In this document: positions 8,184 through 19,827 of the stretch, one piece after another
Position numbering within the stretch: the stretch's first letter is position 1
Layout of the letters: each line of letters starts with the position of its first letter
Assembly (NCBI GenBank): GCA_040217195.1
Contig: JAVJNR010000005.1
Coordinates: 64,001 to 128,000 of the forward strand
Direction of reading: 5' to 3'
Source of the DNA: Leptospiraceae bacterium
GTDB lineage: Bacteria; Spirochaetota; Leptospiria; Leptospirales; Leptonemataceae
DNA length: 64,000 bases
Notes under the pieces: generated by a model
The model's input: only the letters and a program-made list of their open reading frames with translations
Database searches by the model: none
Told to the model about the DNA's origin: nothing
Position numbers and translations under genes: made by a program

Positions 8184-10901
8184 TCAAGGATCGAGATAGG
8201 CGAGCATTTTTTCCGGCTCCCGGGCATCCTCCGGAGCGGTAACGGACTGAAAGGAGTACTGAACATCAATTGGAGAACTGGAAAGCAAATTGAGCCTTTT
8301 AAACTCCGCCTGGACCTTGCGGATAAATATGTCTGCTTCCTGGGAATTTCGGCCCGGGAGAATAAGAGCAAACCGACCCTGCCCCACCCGGGCCTGGAAA
8401 TCCGAGTCGAATAGCAATCCACCCAGGGACCGAGACAGATCTTGAAGGAAGGATGTTACCGAGTCCGGCTCATTAAGAGAAAGCAATCGCTTCAAATTCT
8501 TCACGCGCACTTCCACCAGAGAGACAGGGGTCTGAAACTGGGCTCCGCGATCCAATTCCTGGCGTAGTCTTTCCATGACCGGTGAAAATGGATCCCGAAA
8601 CAGGGTTTCTCGTTCGCCCAGGATAATACAATTAGCAAGAATGGGAGCAAAGAATTCTGCAGTGGCCAGCACCAGTTCCCGATCGAATTCGGTCCAGGGG
8701 CGGCTCCGATGGATGGTCACAAATCCAACCAGCCAGTTCAAGTTGATCAAAGGTACGATCCAGTAACTCTGCATCAATGCCAGATCATCATTGGAATAGC
8801 AGCTTGTGATTTCCTGGTCATTTCTAAAATCGGCAAAGTCATAGAGACGAGTCAGGTTGGATACAGTACCAATCAGATCCGAGCTAACAGGTAATTGAAA
8901 TTTCTCCAGAGATTCGGGACTGATTTCATTGCCAGCAAAAATTCTATAGGTCTGATCCGGAACATTTAACAGAACCAGAGAGGCGCTTTCAACTCCAAAG
9001 TCATCCTTCAGATGAGAAAGAAGCACATCATAAACATCATCCAGGTTCTTCACCTGGCTGGCTTCCCGACTGGCGCTCAATATTCGCTCATAAAGTTCAA
9101 GTCTAACCTGATTTTGCTCCGATTGCTCATCTCGTTTCAACCGCTGCCGAATTCGCTGCAGAGCACCAGAAGACATTTCGCCCAGCAGTCGTAGATAGTC
9201 CAGGTCATCCAGGGTATAATCCACCCCTTCCATGCTGGGCCCCAGCATAATCAGTCCTGAGTTGCTACCCGGCTGACCGATGGGAGCGATAATCTGAGCA
9301 TTTATGGATTCCAGAATCTCCTTTTCTAGATCGGAAATGGTGGAAGTGGTTTTTTGAAATTCCTGGGCATAATGGATTTCTGAATCCTTCTGCAATGTAT
9401 CATAGATTTCATCTCCTGGCTTCAAAACCCATTCTCCTGGAGTTACTCCCAGGTACGCTACCGGATAATAGAGTTCATTTTTTCCCGATTCATGAGAAGC
9501 AAAGATGATTACCCGACTGGCTCCCAGCTGACCCAGTATGGCGTAGGAAAGGGACTCCCAGAATTCTTCCAATTCCTGAACATCCTGCAACTCACGCAAT
9601 AGATCGAATAAAGCCATGTAGTGGTCTATCTTTCTCTGGGAGGCGATGTGCGCTTCTGCAGGCAAGGTAGTCATTGGATGAGTGTCTTCGTAAAGAAACC
9701 CTTCATCTCGATCAGGTACTGGCGAAGTCTGCAAACCATGGGCTTCCTGTTCTGCCTGCTCCAGAGCCTCCTGTTCCCAGCTAGAAAATGGATCTACCTG
9801 ATCTTCCGATTCATCTGGGCTTTCCAGAGCTGGATCGTCCTTCTCGTCTGAAGCTTTGTATTCCAGATCGAGATCCGGGAATTCGGATTCCTCTGAATGG
9901 TCTGGCTCCTCCATCCTGTCAGGATCCTGGAACTCAGATAATGCCTCGGAATCATCGCTGCTGTCGGGCTCCAGCATCGTCGGCTCATCCGGGCTTTCCG
10001 ACTCAAAGTCAGACGCTTCGATTTTCGCAGACTCGGCAATGGTGGCCTCATCGGACAGATCGGCGAATCCCTCTGCATCCGACATATCATCCAGAGCATG
10101 CATATCAAAAGGAGACTGAAAGTCTTCCATGGCCTCTGCGCTGATTTCAGGTTCAAAGTTGGGTTCCAGATCGGAGCTGGATGCAGCCTCCTGCGCGATT
10201 TGCTGAAACTCATCCTCATCCATCAGATCCACGGATTCATCAAAACGGCTTTCTGTTTCAAACGAATCATCGCTCCGGGAGTCTCCAAAATCCGGGAGAT
10301 CGCCAGACGATCCTGCGAATTCATCGCTGGAAGTGGAGGTGTCAGTAGAGCGGAACTCGGATGCTACGTCCGTTTCTGGACTGGAATCGAACGGAGATCC
10401 CTGAAGCGATGGAGCCGAAGATGAAGCCCGGGTTTGGGGTTCATCCTGGCGCATGGCCGATGCTCTGGCCAGCAGCCCCTTCATATTATCGCGCATGGCC
10501 CTGGCTCGATTTAGCAAACCGGAACCGGATCCAGGATTGGAAGTTCCAGGGTTGGAGGGAGCGCGAGTAGAAGAAAATAATTCTGGATGTTCTCTTGCCT
10601 GTTGCGCTCTTTCCAACAAGCCAGACGGGCGGGTAGAACTGGTATCGGAATTTGTATCTGCAGATTCGGTTCTGGCCTGCTCGGCTCGATGTAATAATCC
10701 ACCGGATTGAGACGAACTAAATTCGGTGTCTTCGAAAGACAGCGGCTGGTCTGCGGATTGTTCTTTTTGTCGGGAGGCGCGCTGCAGCAGGCCGGTGGCT
10801 CCGGATTGTGCGGCAGATTCCGATGATCTGGATTCTCTGGAGGATTCCGTTTCGTTTCCGGAGTTATCCCTGTGCTTTCCGGCTTTGTCCAGTAACCCCA
10901 T
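8184..10901 (-). CDS. Disordered N-terminus plus tandem GAF domains plus degenerate GGDEF domain
   Basis: About 420-aa S/D/E-rich N-terminus; two GAF-like domains (IIAPI...GLIMLG...YTLDDLDYL; WIVPLI..WLVGFVTI...WTEFDREL); C-terminal GGDEF fold with 'RVGQGRFALILP' in place of GG[DE]EF. Confidence 0.8.
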   Translation of the reverse strand: MGLLDKAGKHRDNSGNETESSRESRSSESAAQSGATGLLQRASRQKEQSADQPLSFEDTEFSSSQSGGLLHRAEQARTESADTNSDTSSTRPSGLLERAQQAREHPELFSSTRAPSNPGTSNPGSGSGLLNRARAMRDNMKGLLARASAMRQDEPQTRASSSAPSLQGSPFDSSPETDVASEFRSTDTSTSSDEFAGSSGDLPDFGDSRSDDSFETESRFDESVDLMDEDEFQQIAQEAASSSDLEPNFEPEISAEAMEDFQSPFDMHALDDMSDAEGFADLSDEATIAESAKIEASDFESESPDEPTMLEPDSSDDSEALSEFQDPDRMEEPDHSEESEFPDLDLEYKASDEKDDPALESPDESEDQVDPFSSWEQEALEQAEQEAHGLQTSPVPDRDEGFLYEDTHPMTTLPAEAHIASQRKIDHYMALFDLLRELQDVQELEEFWESLSYAILGQLGASRVIIFASHESGKNELYYPVAYLGVTPGEWVLKPGDEIYDTLQKDSEIHYAQEFQKTTSTISDLEKEILESINAQIIAPIGQPGSNSGLIMLGPSMEGVDYTLDDLDYLRLLGEMSSGALQRIRQRLKRDEQSEQNQVRLELYERILSASREASQVKNLDDVYDVLLSHLKDDFGVESASLVLLNVPDQTYRIFAGNEISPESLEKFQLPVSSDLIGTVSNLTRLYDFADFRNDQEITSCYSNDDLALMQSYWIVPLINLNWLVGFVTIHRSRPWTEFDRELVLATAEFFAPILANCIILGERETLFRDPFSPVMERLRQELDRGAQFQTPVSLVEVRVKNLKRLLSLNEPDSVTSFLQDLSRSLGGLLFDSDFQARVGQGRFALILPGRNSQEADIFIRKVQAEFKRLNLLSSSPIDVQYSFQSVTAPEDAREPEKMLAYLDP

Positions 10902-10904
10902 GGA

Positions 10905-12800
10905 TCATTGTATCCCCAGGTCCTGCATTAATTTCTTGTACAGATCAAAGTACTCGGATCGGCTGAATTCTCGAACTGTATCATCTGGCAATTGATCGAA
11001 TAGTCGATCAAGGTATGAGATCATTTTCTTAAGTTCATCTTTGTTCAGTCCTTCTGCCTGAGAAAGACTGTCTGCCAGGGCTTCCTGTCGCTGGCTGGTT
11101 GCTTCCGAAACTTCGTCCTCTGGCTCATCGATGACGATTGCATTTCGTTCCCTTTCTTGTTCATGGGCCGCTACATCTTCACCGGGCATTTCGGAGCCCA
11201 TGACGGAACCGGTTTCTTCGATGGCCTCCTCGGATACATCTTCCAGAATGTTATCCAGCTCCGAGGCAGACAGTGCAATGGTTTCGTCCTCATCCTCATC
11301 CAGAATGGAAGGTGTGGGTCCGAAATCCTCTTCTTGTTCCTGGAAGCCTTCCAGTCCATCGGATTCGGAAACCGGGGCTTCCTCCATGTCTGCAAATTCT
11401 TCAATGCCTGGTTCATCGAAGGCAACAGCTTCCGCCTGTTCGGCTACGGAGTTATCTGATTCTTCCGAGTATTCTTCACCATCGGATACAATGTTTCCCA
11501 GCTCTTCCGGGGTAAGGGTAATGGATTCATCCTCTTCTGCATCCAGAACGGAAAGCGGTGGCGACTGAAAATCCTCATCCGAGAAATCATCACCTTCCAG
11601 TACAGCTTCGCTTAATTCATCGTCCGAGATATCCAGATCGTCCATGTCAGACTGGTCGCCTGCAGCAGGGCCGTCCATTTCCAGTTCATCTTCAAAGACA
11701 GGAAAATCCGTATCTTCGCTTGCAGCGGAAAAATCATCGCCGGATTTTACGGTAACACCATCGCCCAGGCCCAGGTCTTCTTCAGTCGAAAGCTCCGATA
11801 TCTCCTCTCCCATATCATCTTCCATGGAATTTAGAGAAATGCCGGGTAGTTCATCCTCGGGCAAAAGACCTTCTGCAAATTGAGGATCTCCATCTTCAAC
11901 ATCTTCCAGAATATTTCCCAGCTCATCTTCGCTGAGAGCTACCGGACCTTCATCCTCTTCCATATCAGGTACTTCGCCCACTTCCTGATCCCAGTCGGCA
12001 TCTGCAGAGGAAGAAGCGTCTTGCTCGGGAATATCTGCTGAAAAGTCGTTTTCCAGGTCGGAAAAGTCTTCCTGGCTAATGCCTTCCGTATCATCTACAA
12101 ATGCATCTTCCAGGTCGGCTACAGAGGAATCCGAATCCATGGAAATGGATTCGTCTGACATAGAAAAGTCATCGGTTGAGAAATCGTCCATGGAAGAGGA
12201 GCTGGAATCATCCAGACTTTCGCCAAAATCCGGGCCCGCCGAAAAGTCACTTTCGGCCATATCCACTTCTTCCAGACTGGAGCCTTCTAATGGTTCATCG
12301 CTACTGCCTTCTTCATCGGTAGAAAGTATGCGATCCAGTTCATCTTCGCTAAGAGATACCGGACCGTCGTCTTCTTCCATCATGGGAGGCAGAGGTATTT
12401 CATCGTCGGAGGATGTATCAAAATCAGTAAGTTCGTTGCTATCGCTTGACTCAGAACCATCTAATTCCGCAGAATCAAAGGTTTCTTCTTCGAAGCTGGT
12501 ATCGCCCCAGTCCATAGCCTCTGTGCTGGTAGAATCAAAATCTTCGGTGGCTTCGTCAGCAGGCAGGTCATAATCTCCAGTGGCCACCGCATCGGAATCA
12601 ATGTCTGCAAAGGGATCCAGGCCGGAACTTGTTTCGCCTTCAGCGGAAAAGTCCAGATCACCGAATGCCTCATCCAGGTTGCTTTCAGTTTCGTTGTCCA
12701 GCGAGTCCAGGCCGGCAGCTTGTTCCTGGAATTCCAGGTCATCTAATTCCAGGTCTGGCAGATCCGCAAGATCCGAGGAGTTTTGCTTATTCTCTTCCAT
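10905..12800 (-). CDS. Highly acidic intrinsically disordered protein with a C-terminal helical domain
   Basis: 631 aa dominated by D/E/S; folded-looking C-terminus 'LNKDELKKMISYLDRLFDQLPDDTVREFSRSEYFDLYKKLMQDLGI'; four internal repeats of an LSxxELxxIL-type motif. Confidence 0.85.
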   Translation of the reverse strand: MEENKQNSSDLADLPDLELDDLEFQEQAAGLDSLDNETESNLDEAFGDLDFSAEGETSSGLDPFADIDSDAVATGDYDLPADEATEDFDSTSTEAMDWGDTSFEEETFDSAELDGSESSDSNELTDFDTSSDDEIPLPPMMEEDDGPVSLSEDELDRILSTDEEGSSDEPLEGSSLEEVDMAESDFSAGPDFGESLDDSSSSSMDDFSTDDFSMSDESISMDSDSSVADLEDAFVDDTEGISQEDFSDLENDFSADIPEQDASSSADADWDQEVGEVPDMEEDEGPVALSEDELGNILEDVEDGDPQFAEGLLPEDELPGISLNSMEDDMGEEISELSTEEDLGLGDGVTVKSGDDFSAASEDTDFPVFEDELEMDGPAAGDQSDMDDLDISDDELSEAVLEGDDFSDEDFQSPPLSVLDAEEDESITLTPEELGNIVSDGEEYSEESDNSVAEQAEAVAFDEPGIEEFADMEEAPVSESDGLEGFQEQEEDFGPTPSILDEDEDETIALSASELDNILEDVSEEAIEETGSVMGSEMPGEDVAAHEQERERNAIVIDEPEDEVSEATSQRQEALADSLSQAEGLNKDELKKMISYLDRLFDQLPDDTVREFSRSEYFDLYKKLMQDLGIQ

Positions 12801-12820
12801 GGTAATCCGGATTCCGTGGT

Positions 12821-12856
12821 ATAGTAGATCATCGGCTTCTGGAGGTCAATTTTTGA
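12821..12856 (-). promoter_or_regulatory. Overlapping sigma70 (TTGACC-N17-TACTAT) and sigma28-like (TCAA-N16-GCCGATGA) promoters
   Basis: Minus-strand TTGACC at 12849-12844 and TACTAT at 12826-12821; GCCGATGA at 12836-12829 with TCAA at 12856-12853; about 20 nt upstream of ATG 12800. Confidence 0.6.
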
Positions 12857-12934
12857 TGGCCCTTGCTGGATTGGACTAAAAAAGGTCCGGTTCTGATAGG
12901 AAAGCAGCCTGGCCCCTTACCTCAGGGCCATTTT

Positions 12935-14425
12935 TCAAGCTTCGTCCGCTTCGTGAACGGCTTCAATTACTTTACGGAACCTTTCTGATAGCGGGGAGTT
13001 TGAAATGCTATCCTTGAATTCCTTCCCGGGTTCCTGGTGGGGAAACCGGAATAGGAATCGGTTTCCCTGGTCTGGTTCAACACCAATGCTGGCCCCCAGT
13101 CTCTCTGCGACCATCAGAATGACCGAGACACCAAAATTGTCTGATCTGTCGGTCCATTTATTCAATGCCCAGGGTTCCCCATCATCAGAAATGGAAAGAA
13201 TTATGTCCTCTTCCGATTTTTCCAGATGAACAGTAATTGTTCCCCTGGTTTGATGCAAGAATGCTTCTCGCAATGATTCCTCCATTACTTCTACGGTAAC
13301 GGCACCCACCCCCAGAATTTGGTTGGAAGAAAGCTCTATGTCTTCGATTTGTGTTTCCAGGGAGACACGGGCACTTTGCCAGCTAGCTGTAATGGTAGAC
13401 CTACAGAGATCTTTCAGGTAGTGTACCGGGGAACGCTCTGATTGGGCCCCGCCAAGGAGACGGTCGTATAATAACCGTAATCCTGCAAGCCTGTTTATAG
13501 CTTCCAATAAAGCTCTGGTCCCTTCCTCCGAGGTCATTTCCCTGGCTCGGATCTTGAGCATTTCTTCAAGGGCTGCAATATGACTTCTGGTTCGACGATA
13601 GAATTCCTGTAGCAATCTTTCTTTCTCTTCCAGCTCTCGTAGTGTTTTCTCCCGAGCAGCAATTTCCTGAGTTACATCATTCGCCACAAAGAGCCGAGCT
13701 TCCCGCTCAGGAAAATCCAGTCCATGCCCGAAGACTTCCGCGAGAATGGTTTCCTGGTTTTTCTTTTGAAAACTCCATAATCCGGACTTTGCATATTCTC
13801 CAGCCAGGGCTCGAAGCTCCTCAGCTCGTCGGCTGAACCGTTCCCGCTCCTCGGGATGCAAAATATCAGACACCTTCATTTTCAGGAATTCCTCTCTGGA
13901 ATATCCGAATTGCTCAGCGGCCGCGTCATTGACGTTGATGATTCGTAGATCTTTGGTTTCATAGACCCACATGGGCAAAGGATTCAGCGCAAAGAGCTGC
14001 CTGTAACGTAACTCTGATTCTCTAGATTTCCTCCTCTGCTCCCTTTCCTGTTTCTGGGAGAGAATAAGACGAAACACCATTTCAATGGAGGCAAGAAGGA
14101 CTACAGGACCTGCCGTTTTGAGTATATAGCCGTAGGAAGTGATTCCCGAAGTTAGCTCTACTGTTTCGCGATCTGTATGAGACGATAAAAAGGCCACCGG
14201 AACATCGTAGGTCTGAAGTATGATCCGGGCTGCTTCGGTTCCCTTCATTCCCGGCCCCAGGTCTATATCCATCAAAACCAGGTCGAACTCATTGTTGCAA
14301 AAATCCAGAGCCTGCTCACCCGTGGCCGCCCAGGTGACACCATAGTTCTGTTTTTCCAGGATTCGCTTTTCAAGCAACGCCGTTGCCTCATCATCCTCAA
14401 CAAGGAGTAATCTTCTGGTTGTCAT
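12935..14425 (-). CDS. REC-PAS-HisKA_2/HATPase hybrid, probably catalytically degenerate
   Basis: REC (LLVEDD, LMDIDL, FLSSH, GYILK); PAS (NPLPMWVY...VNDAA); kinase-like C-terminus with 'EFYRRTRSHI' replacing E-x-H-HRVKNNL and 'EVMEESLREAF' replacing ELxxNAxK[HY]AF. Confidence 0.8.
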   Translation of the reverse strand: MTTRRLLLVEDDEATALLEKRILEKQNYGVTWAATGEQALDFCNNEFDLVLMDIDLGPGMKGTEAARIILQTYDVPVAFLSSHTDRETVELTSGITSYGYILKTAGPVVLLASIEMVFRLILSQKQEREQRRKSRESELRYRQLFALNPLPMWVYETKDLRIINVNDAAAEQFGYSREEFLKMKVSDILHPEERERFSRRAEELRALAGEYAKSGLWSFQKKNQETILAEVFGHGLDFPEREARLFVANDVTQEIAAREKTLRELEEKERLLQEFYRRTRSHIAALEEMLKIRAREMTSEEGTRALLEAINRLAGLRLLYDRLLGGAQSERSPVHYLKDLCRSTITASWQSARVSLETQIEDIELSSNQILGVGAVTVEVMEESLREAFLHQTRGTITVHLEKSEEDIILSISDDGEPWALNKWTDRSDNFGVSVILMVAERLGASIGVEPDQGNRFLFRFPHQEPGKEFKDSISNSPLSERFRKVIEAVHEADEA

Positions 14426-15129
14426 AGACTTCCTGCAATCCTCCTCAGGTTGCTCCTGGCGCGCTCATTTACACTGGAGTCTGCTAAAGAAAGATATAAC
14501 TCCTTAATGCAGGCAGATAAAAAGAAACAAGAGATTTTCCAGTCCAGCTTTCTTTGGATTCGGAAATCCAGCCCATGACTGGATATCTCTACATGGATGA
14601 GGCTTCCATCTTTCTTTTGATGTTGCCAGTGGCCTGAATTTGCATACTGCTCAGAATTCCTTTTTAATTCTTCTATTCTTGCCAGCAGCCGGGGTTCTTC
14701 TTCTGGAGGTCTGATATCCCGGAGTCGCCTCCTTTGCTCACTCTCTCTTTCTCTGGCTTCATGGAGTCGAAATACCATCTTGATGGATGCGATGAGAACG
14801 ACTGGACCGGATGTTTTGAGTATGTAACCGTAGGAAGTGATTCCTTCTGTGAGCTCCACGGTGGGACGATCCGTATGAGAGGAAAGAAAGGCAAGAGGCA
14901 GATCGTAGGTGTCCTGAATAATTCTGGCTGCTTCCGTGCCCTTTATGCCCGGACCAAGGTCAATATCCATTAAAACCAGGTCAAATTCCTGGCTGCAGAG
15001 CTCCACAGCCTCTTCCCCGCAGGTAGCAATGGTTACGCAATATCCGTTCTTTTCAAGCGTACGCTTCTGCAGACTGGCCGTAGGTCCGTCATCCTCGACC
15101 AGAAGTATATGAGGCTTTTCTTTTAGCAT
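14422..15129 (-). CDS. Response regulator receiver protein with partial PAS; internally deleted paralogue of the neighbour
   Basis: REC very similar to that of 12935-14425; lacks about 51 aa of the PAS N-half and diverges after HGLDF. Confidence 0.7.
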   Translation of the reverse strand: MLKEKPHILLVEDDGPTASLQKRTLEKNGYCVTIATCGEEAVELCSQEFDLVLMDIDLGPGIKGTEAARIIQDTYDLPLAFLSSHTDRPTVELTEGITSYGYILKTSGPVVLIASIKMVFRLHEARERESEQRRRLRDIRPPEEEPRLLARIEELKRNSEQYANSGHWQHQKKDGSLIHVEISSHGLDFRIQRKLDWKISCFFLSACIKELYLSLADSSVNERARSNLRRIAGSL

Positions 15130-15175
15130 TATTAGATCTAAGTCGGTAAATGCATGTGAATCTGGGGCCAGCTTA

Positions 15176-15203
15176 ATTTTACATTTTGTCCAAGGATAGT
15201 CAA
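15176..15203 (-). promoter_or_regulatory. Putative sigma70 promoter TTGACT-N16-TAAAAT
   Basis: Read on the minus strand about 45 nt upstream of ATG 15129. Confidence 0.45.
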
Positions 15204-15340
15204 TTGGACGAAAATTGGCCAGTGGCTATGGTGGAGTGGTTCTCCGAAAACACCGAATGTCTCAAGAAAAAATCAAGGTAGTTTCAGCACCGAAGGCATA
15301 ATCCATTGGCTGGATCATAAATAACGTTACAGAGGTACAA

Positions 15341-15371
15341 TAAAAAAGCCCACCAGCAGGCAGGCTTTTTA
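15341..15371 (-). terminator. Rho-independent terminator of the atp operon
   Basis: Minus strand GCCUGCC-UGCU-GGUGGGC followed by U6; an A-tract on the other side allows bidirectional use. Confidence 0.8.
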
Positions 15372-15451
15372 GTGGCAAATTGCCAGAAAGGACTAGCGAT
15401 TCAACTTTCGCGAACCCTGTATCCGCTTAACCTTTCTGGCTACTCAAAGCT

Positions 15452-15853
15452 TTATCCCTGATTGGCCACAGCTGCGATTCGGTTTCTCACCACCTGCACA
15501 GCTTCTAGATGGTTATCGATGGCCTCTTCACCGGAAACTGATGTGGCCAGCAGGCTTTCCAGTTCCTTCTGAGAATCCTCCAGGGAGATCTCCTCAGGCT
15601 TTTGAATCTCATCGGCCAGAACTGTTACTCGATTGGATTTGATCTCCAGAAAGCCGCCGCTCAGGAAATAGGATTCCGTTCCCGATTCAGTGTGAAACTT
15701 TACGATTCCAGAGCCCAGCAATGCAATCATAGGAGCATGGTTGGGCTGTATCCCCATGGAGCCATCTTTAGCAGGCAGAACGGCGGATTTGGCCGGCCCC
15801 TGATAGACTTCCCGGGCCGGCGAAACGATGCTGAGTTGGAAATCCGATGACAT
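15452..15853 (-). CDS. atpC: ATP synthase F1 epsilon subunit
   Basis: LSIVSP...GSMGIQPNHAPMI...GGFLEI; last gene of the operon. Confidence 0.95.
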   Translation of the reverse strand: MSSDFQLSIVSPAREVYQGPAKSAVLPAKDGSMGIQPNHAPMIALLGSGIVKFHTESGTESYFLSGGFLEIKSNRVTVLADEIQKPEEISLEDSQKELESLLATSVSGEEAIDNHLEAVQVVRNRIAAVANQG

Positions 15854-15854
15854 A

Positions 15855-18241
<2,387 letters not shown>

Positions 18242-18285
18242 GGTGCCTCGCTCTAAAGCTTAGTTTCCAGCTTCGCTCCTTGCGC

Positions 18286-19827
18286 TTACTCGCCTTTCTG
18301 ATGACGAATATCTGCTGCTTTACCCGCCAGGAAGGATTCTGCGAAGTCTTTGATGGTGGCTTCCAGGCCCTTATCATCCTCAATGACTTTTTTCTCTCGG
18401 ATTCCTTTTACGAGCTCAGAATGAGCGTCATGCAGATAGCTGATTAATGCAGATTCAAATTCTTTGGCCCGGTTCAGAGGGATCTTGTCCATCAAGCCAC
18501 GGGTTACTGCGAAGATTATTAAAACCTGATCTTCCACTGCCCAGGGAGCTGATTCTCCCTGTTTCAGGACTTCCATTACTCGATAACCTCGGTCCAGCTG
18601 AGCCTGGGTGGCAGCATCCATGTCGGTGCCCAGTTGAGCGAATGCTTCCAGAGCCTTGAAAGCTGCCTGGTCCAGCCGTAGCTTTCCAGCAACGGACTTC
18701 ATGGCCTTGATTTGAGCAGAACCACCTACCCGGCTTACAGAAATACCTACGTCTACCGCAGGTCGCTGACCGGAAGCGAATAGACCTGGCTGTAGATAAA
18801 TCTGACCGTCTGTAATGGAAATTACGTTAGTAGGAATAAATGCAGATACCTCACCTTCCTGAGTTTCGATGATTGGAAGGGCTGTTAAAGAGCCTCCACC
18901 GTATTTCTCACTCATTTTTGCCGCTCTTTCCAGAAGTCGGCTGTGAAGATAGAATACATCTCCAGGATAGGCTTCACGCCCTGGAGGACGACGAAGTAGC
19001 AGAGACATCTGACGATAGGCATTTGCCTGTTTAGTCAGGTCATCATATACAGCCAGGGTATGGCGTCCCTTCTCATACATGAAATACTCGGCCATGGAAG
19101 CACCTGCATACGGCGCCAGGTATTGTAGAGGAGCCGGATCGGAAGCGGATGCAGAAACGATGATGGTGTAATCCATACATCCCAGCTCTTTCAGTTTTTC
19201 ATATAGTGCTGCTACTTTGGAAGCTTTCTGACCAATGGCCACATATACACAGATTACATCGCCACCTTTCTGGTTGATGATTGTATCTACAGCAATGGCA
19301 GTTTTTCCAGTTCCCCGGTCTCCAATGATCAGCTCTCGCTGTCCACGGCCTACAGGAATCATGGAGTCAATGGCTTTGATACCGGTTTGCATGGGAATCT
19401 TAACCGGTTCCCTTTTTGCAATCCCTGGAGCCAGACGCTCTACAGGATAGGTCTTATCTGTATCGATGGGTCCTTTTCCGTCCAGAGGACGTCCCATGGG
19501 ATCTACGATTCGTCCCAGCAGAGCATCGCCTACAGGTACTTCCAGAACACGACCGGTCCTTTTAACTTGATAGCCTTCTCTAAGCTGGTTGGCCTCCCCT
19601 AGAACCACAACACCAACGTTGTTTTCTTCCAGGTTAAATGCAAGACCCAGAGTTCCATCTTCGAACTCCACCATCTCATTAAACATTACGTTTTCCAGGC
19701 CATACACCCGGGCAATACCATCCCCGATGGAGATTACTTCTCCCACTTCGGAGAGATCCAGTTTCGATTCGAAGCTCTGGATTTCCTTCTTCAGTATACT
19801 TACGATTTCGTCTGTCTTAATTTTCAT
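18286..19827 (-). CDS. atpA: ATP synthase F1 alpha subunit
   Basis: [34 protein letters not shown] 19827 with a GGTGAGG RBS preferred over the track start. Confidence 0.99.
   Translation of the reverse strand: MKIKTDEIVSILKKEIQSFESKLDLSEVGEVISIGDGIARVYGLENVMFNEMVEFEDGTLGLAFNLEENNVGVVVLGEANQLREGYQVKRTGRVLEVPVGDALLGRIVDPMGRPLDGKGPIDTDKTYPVERLAPGIAKREPVKIPMQTGIKAIDSMIPVGRGQRELIIGDRGTGKTAIAVDTIINQKGGDVICVYVAIGQKASKVAALYEKLKELGCMDYTIIVSASASDPAPLQYLAPYAGASMAEYFMYEKGRHTLAVYDDLTKQANAYRQMSLLLRRPPGREAYPGDVFYLHSRLLERAAKMSEKYGGGSLTALPIIETQEGEVSAFIPTNVISITDGQIYLQPGLFASGQRPAVDVGISVSRVGGSAQIKAMKSVAGKLRLDQAAFKALEAFAQLGTDMDAATQAQLDRGYRVMEVLKQGESAPWAVEDQVLIIFAVTRGLMDKIPLNRAKEFESALISYLHDAHSELVKGIREKKVIEDDKGLEATIKDFAESFLAGKAADIRHQKGE

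Noticed and set aside
11131..12879. Long Ser-rich plus-strand ORFs opposite the acidic protein
   Set aside because: Antisense shadows: GAA/GAT/GAC codons read as TCx in an offset reverse frame and suppress stops. No RBS or domain.
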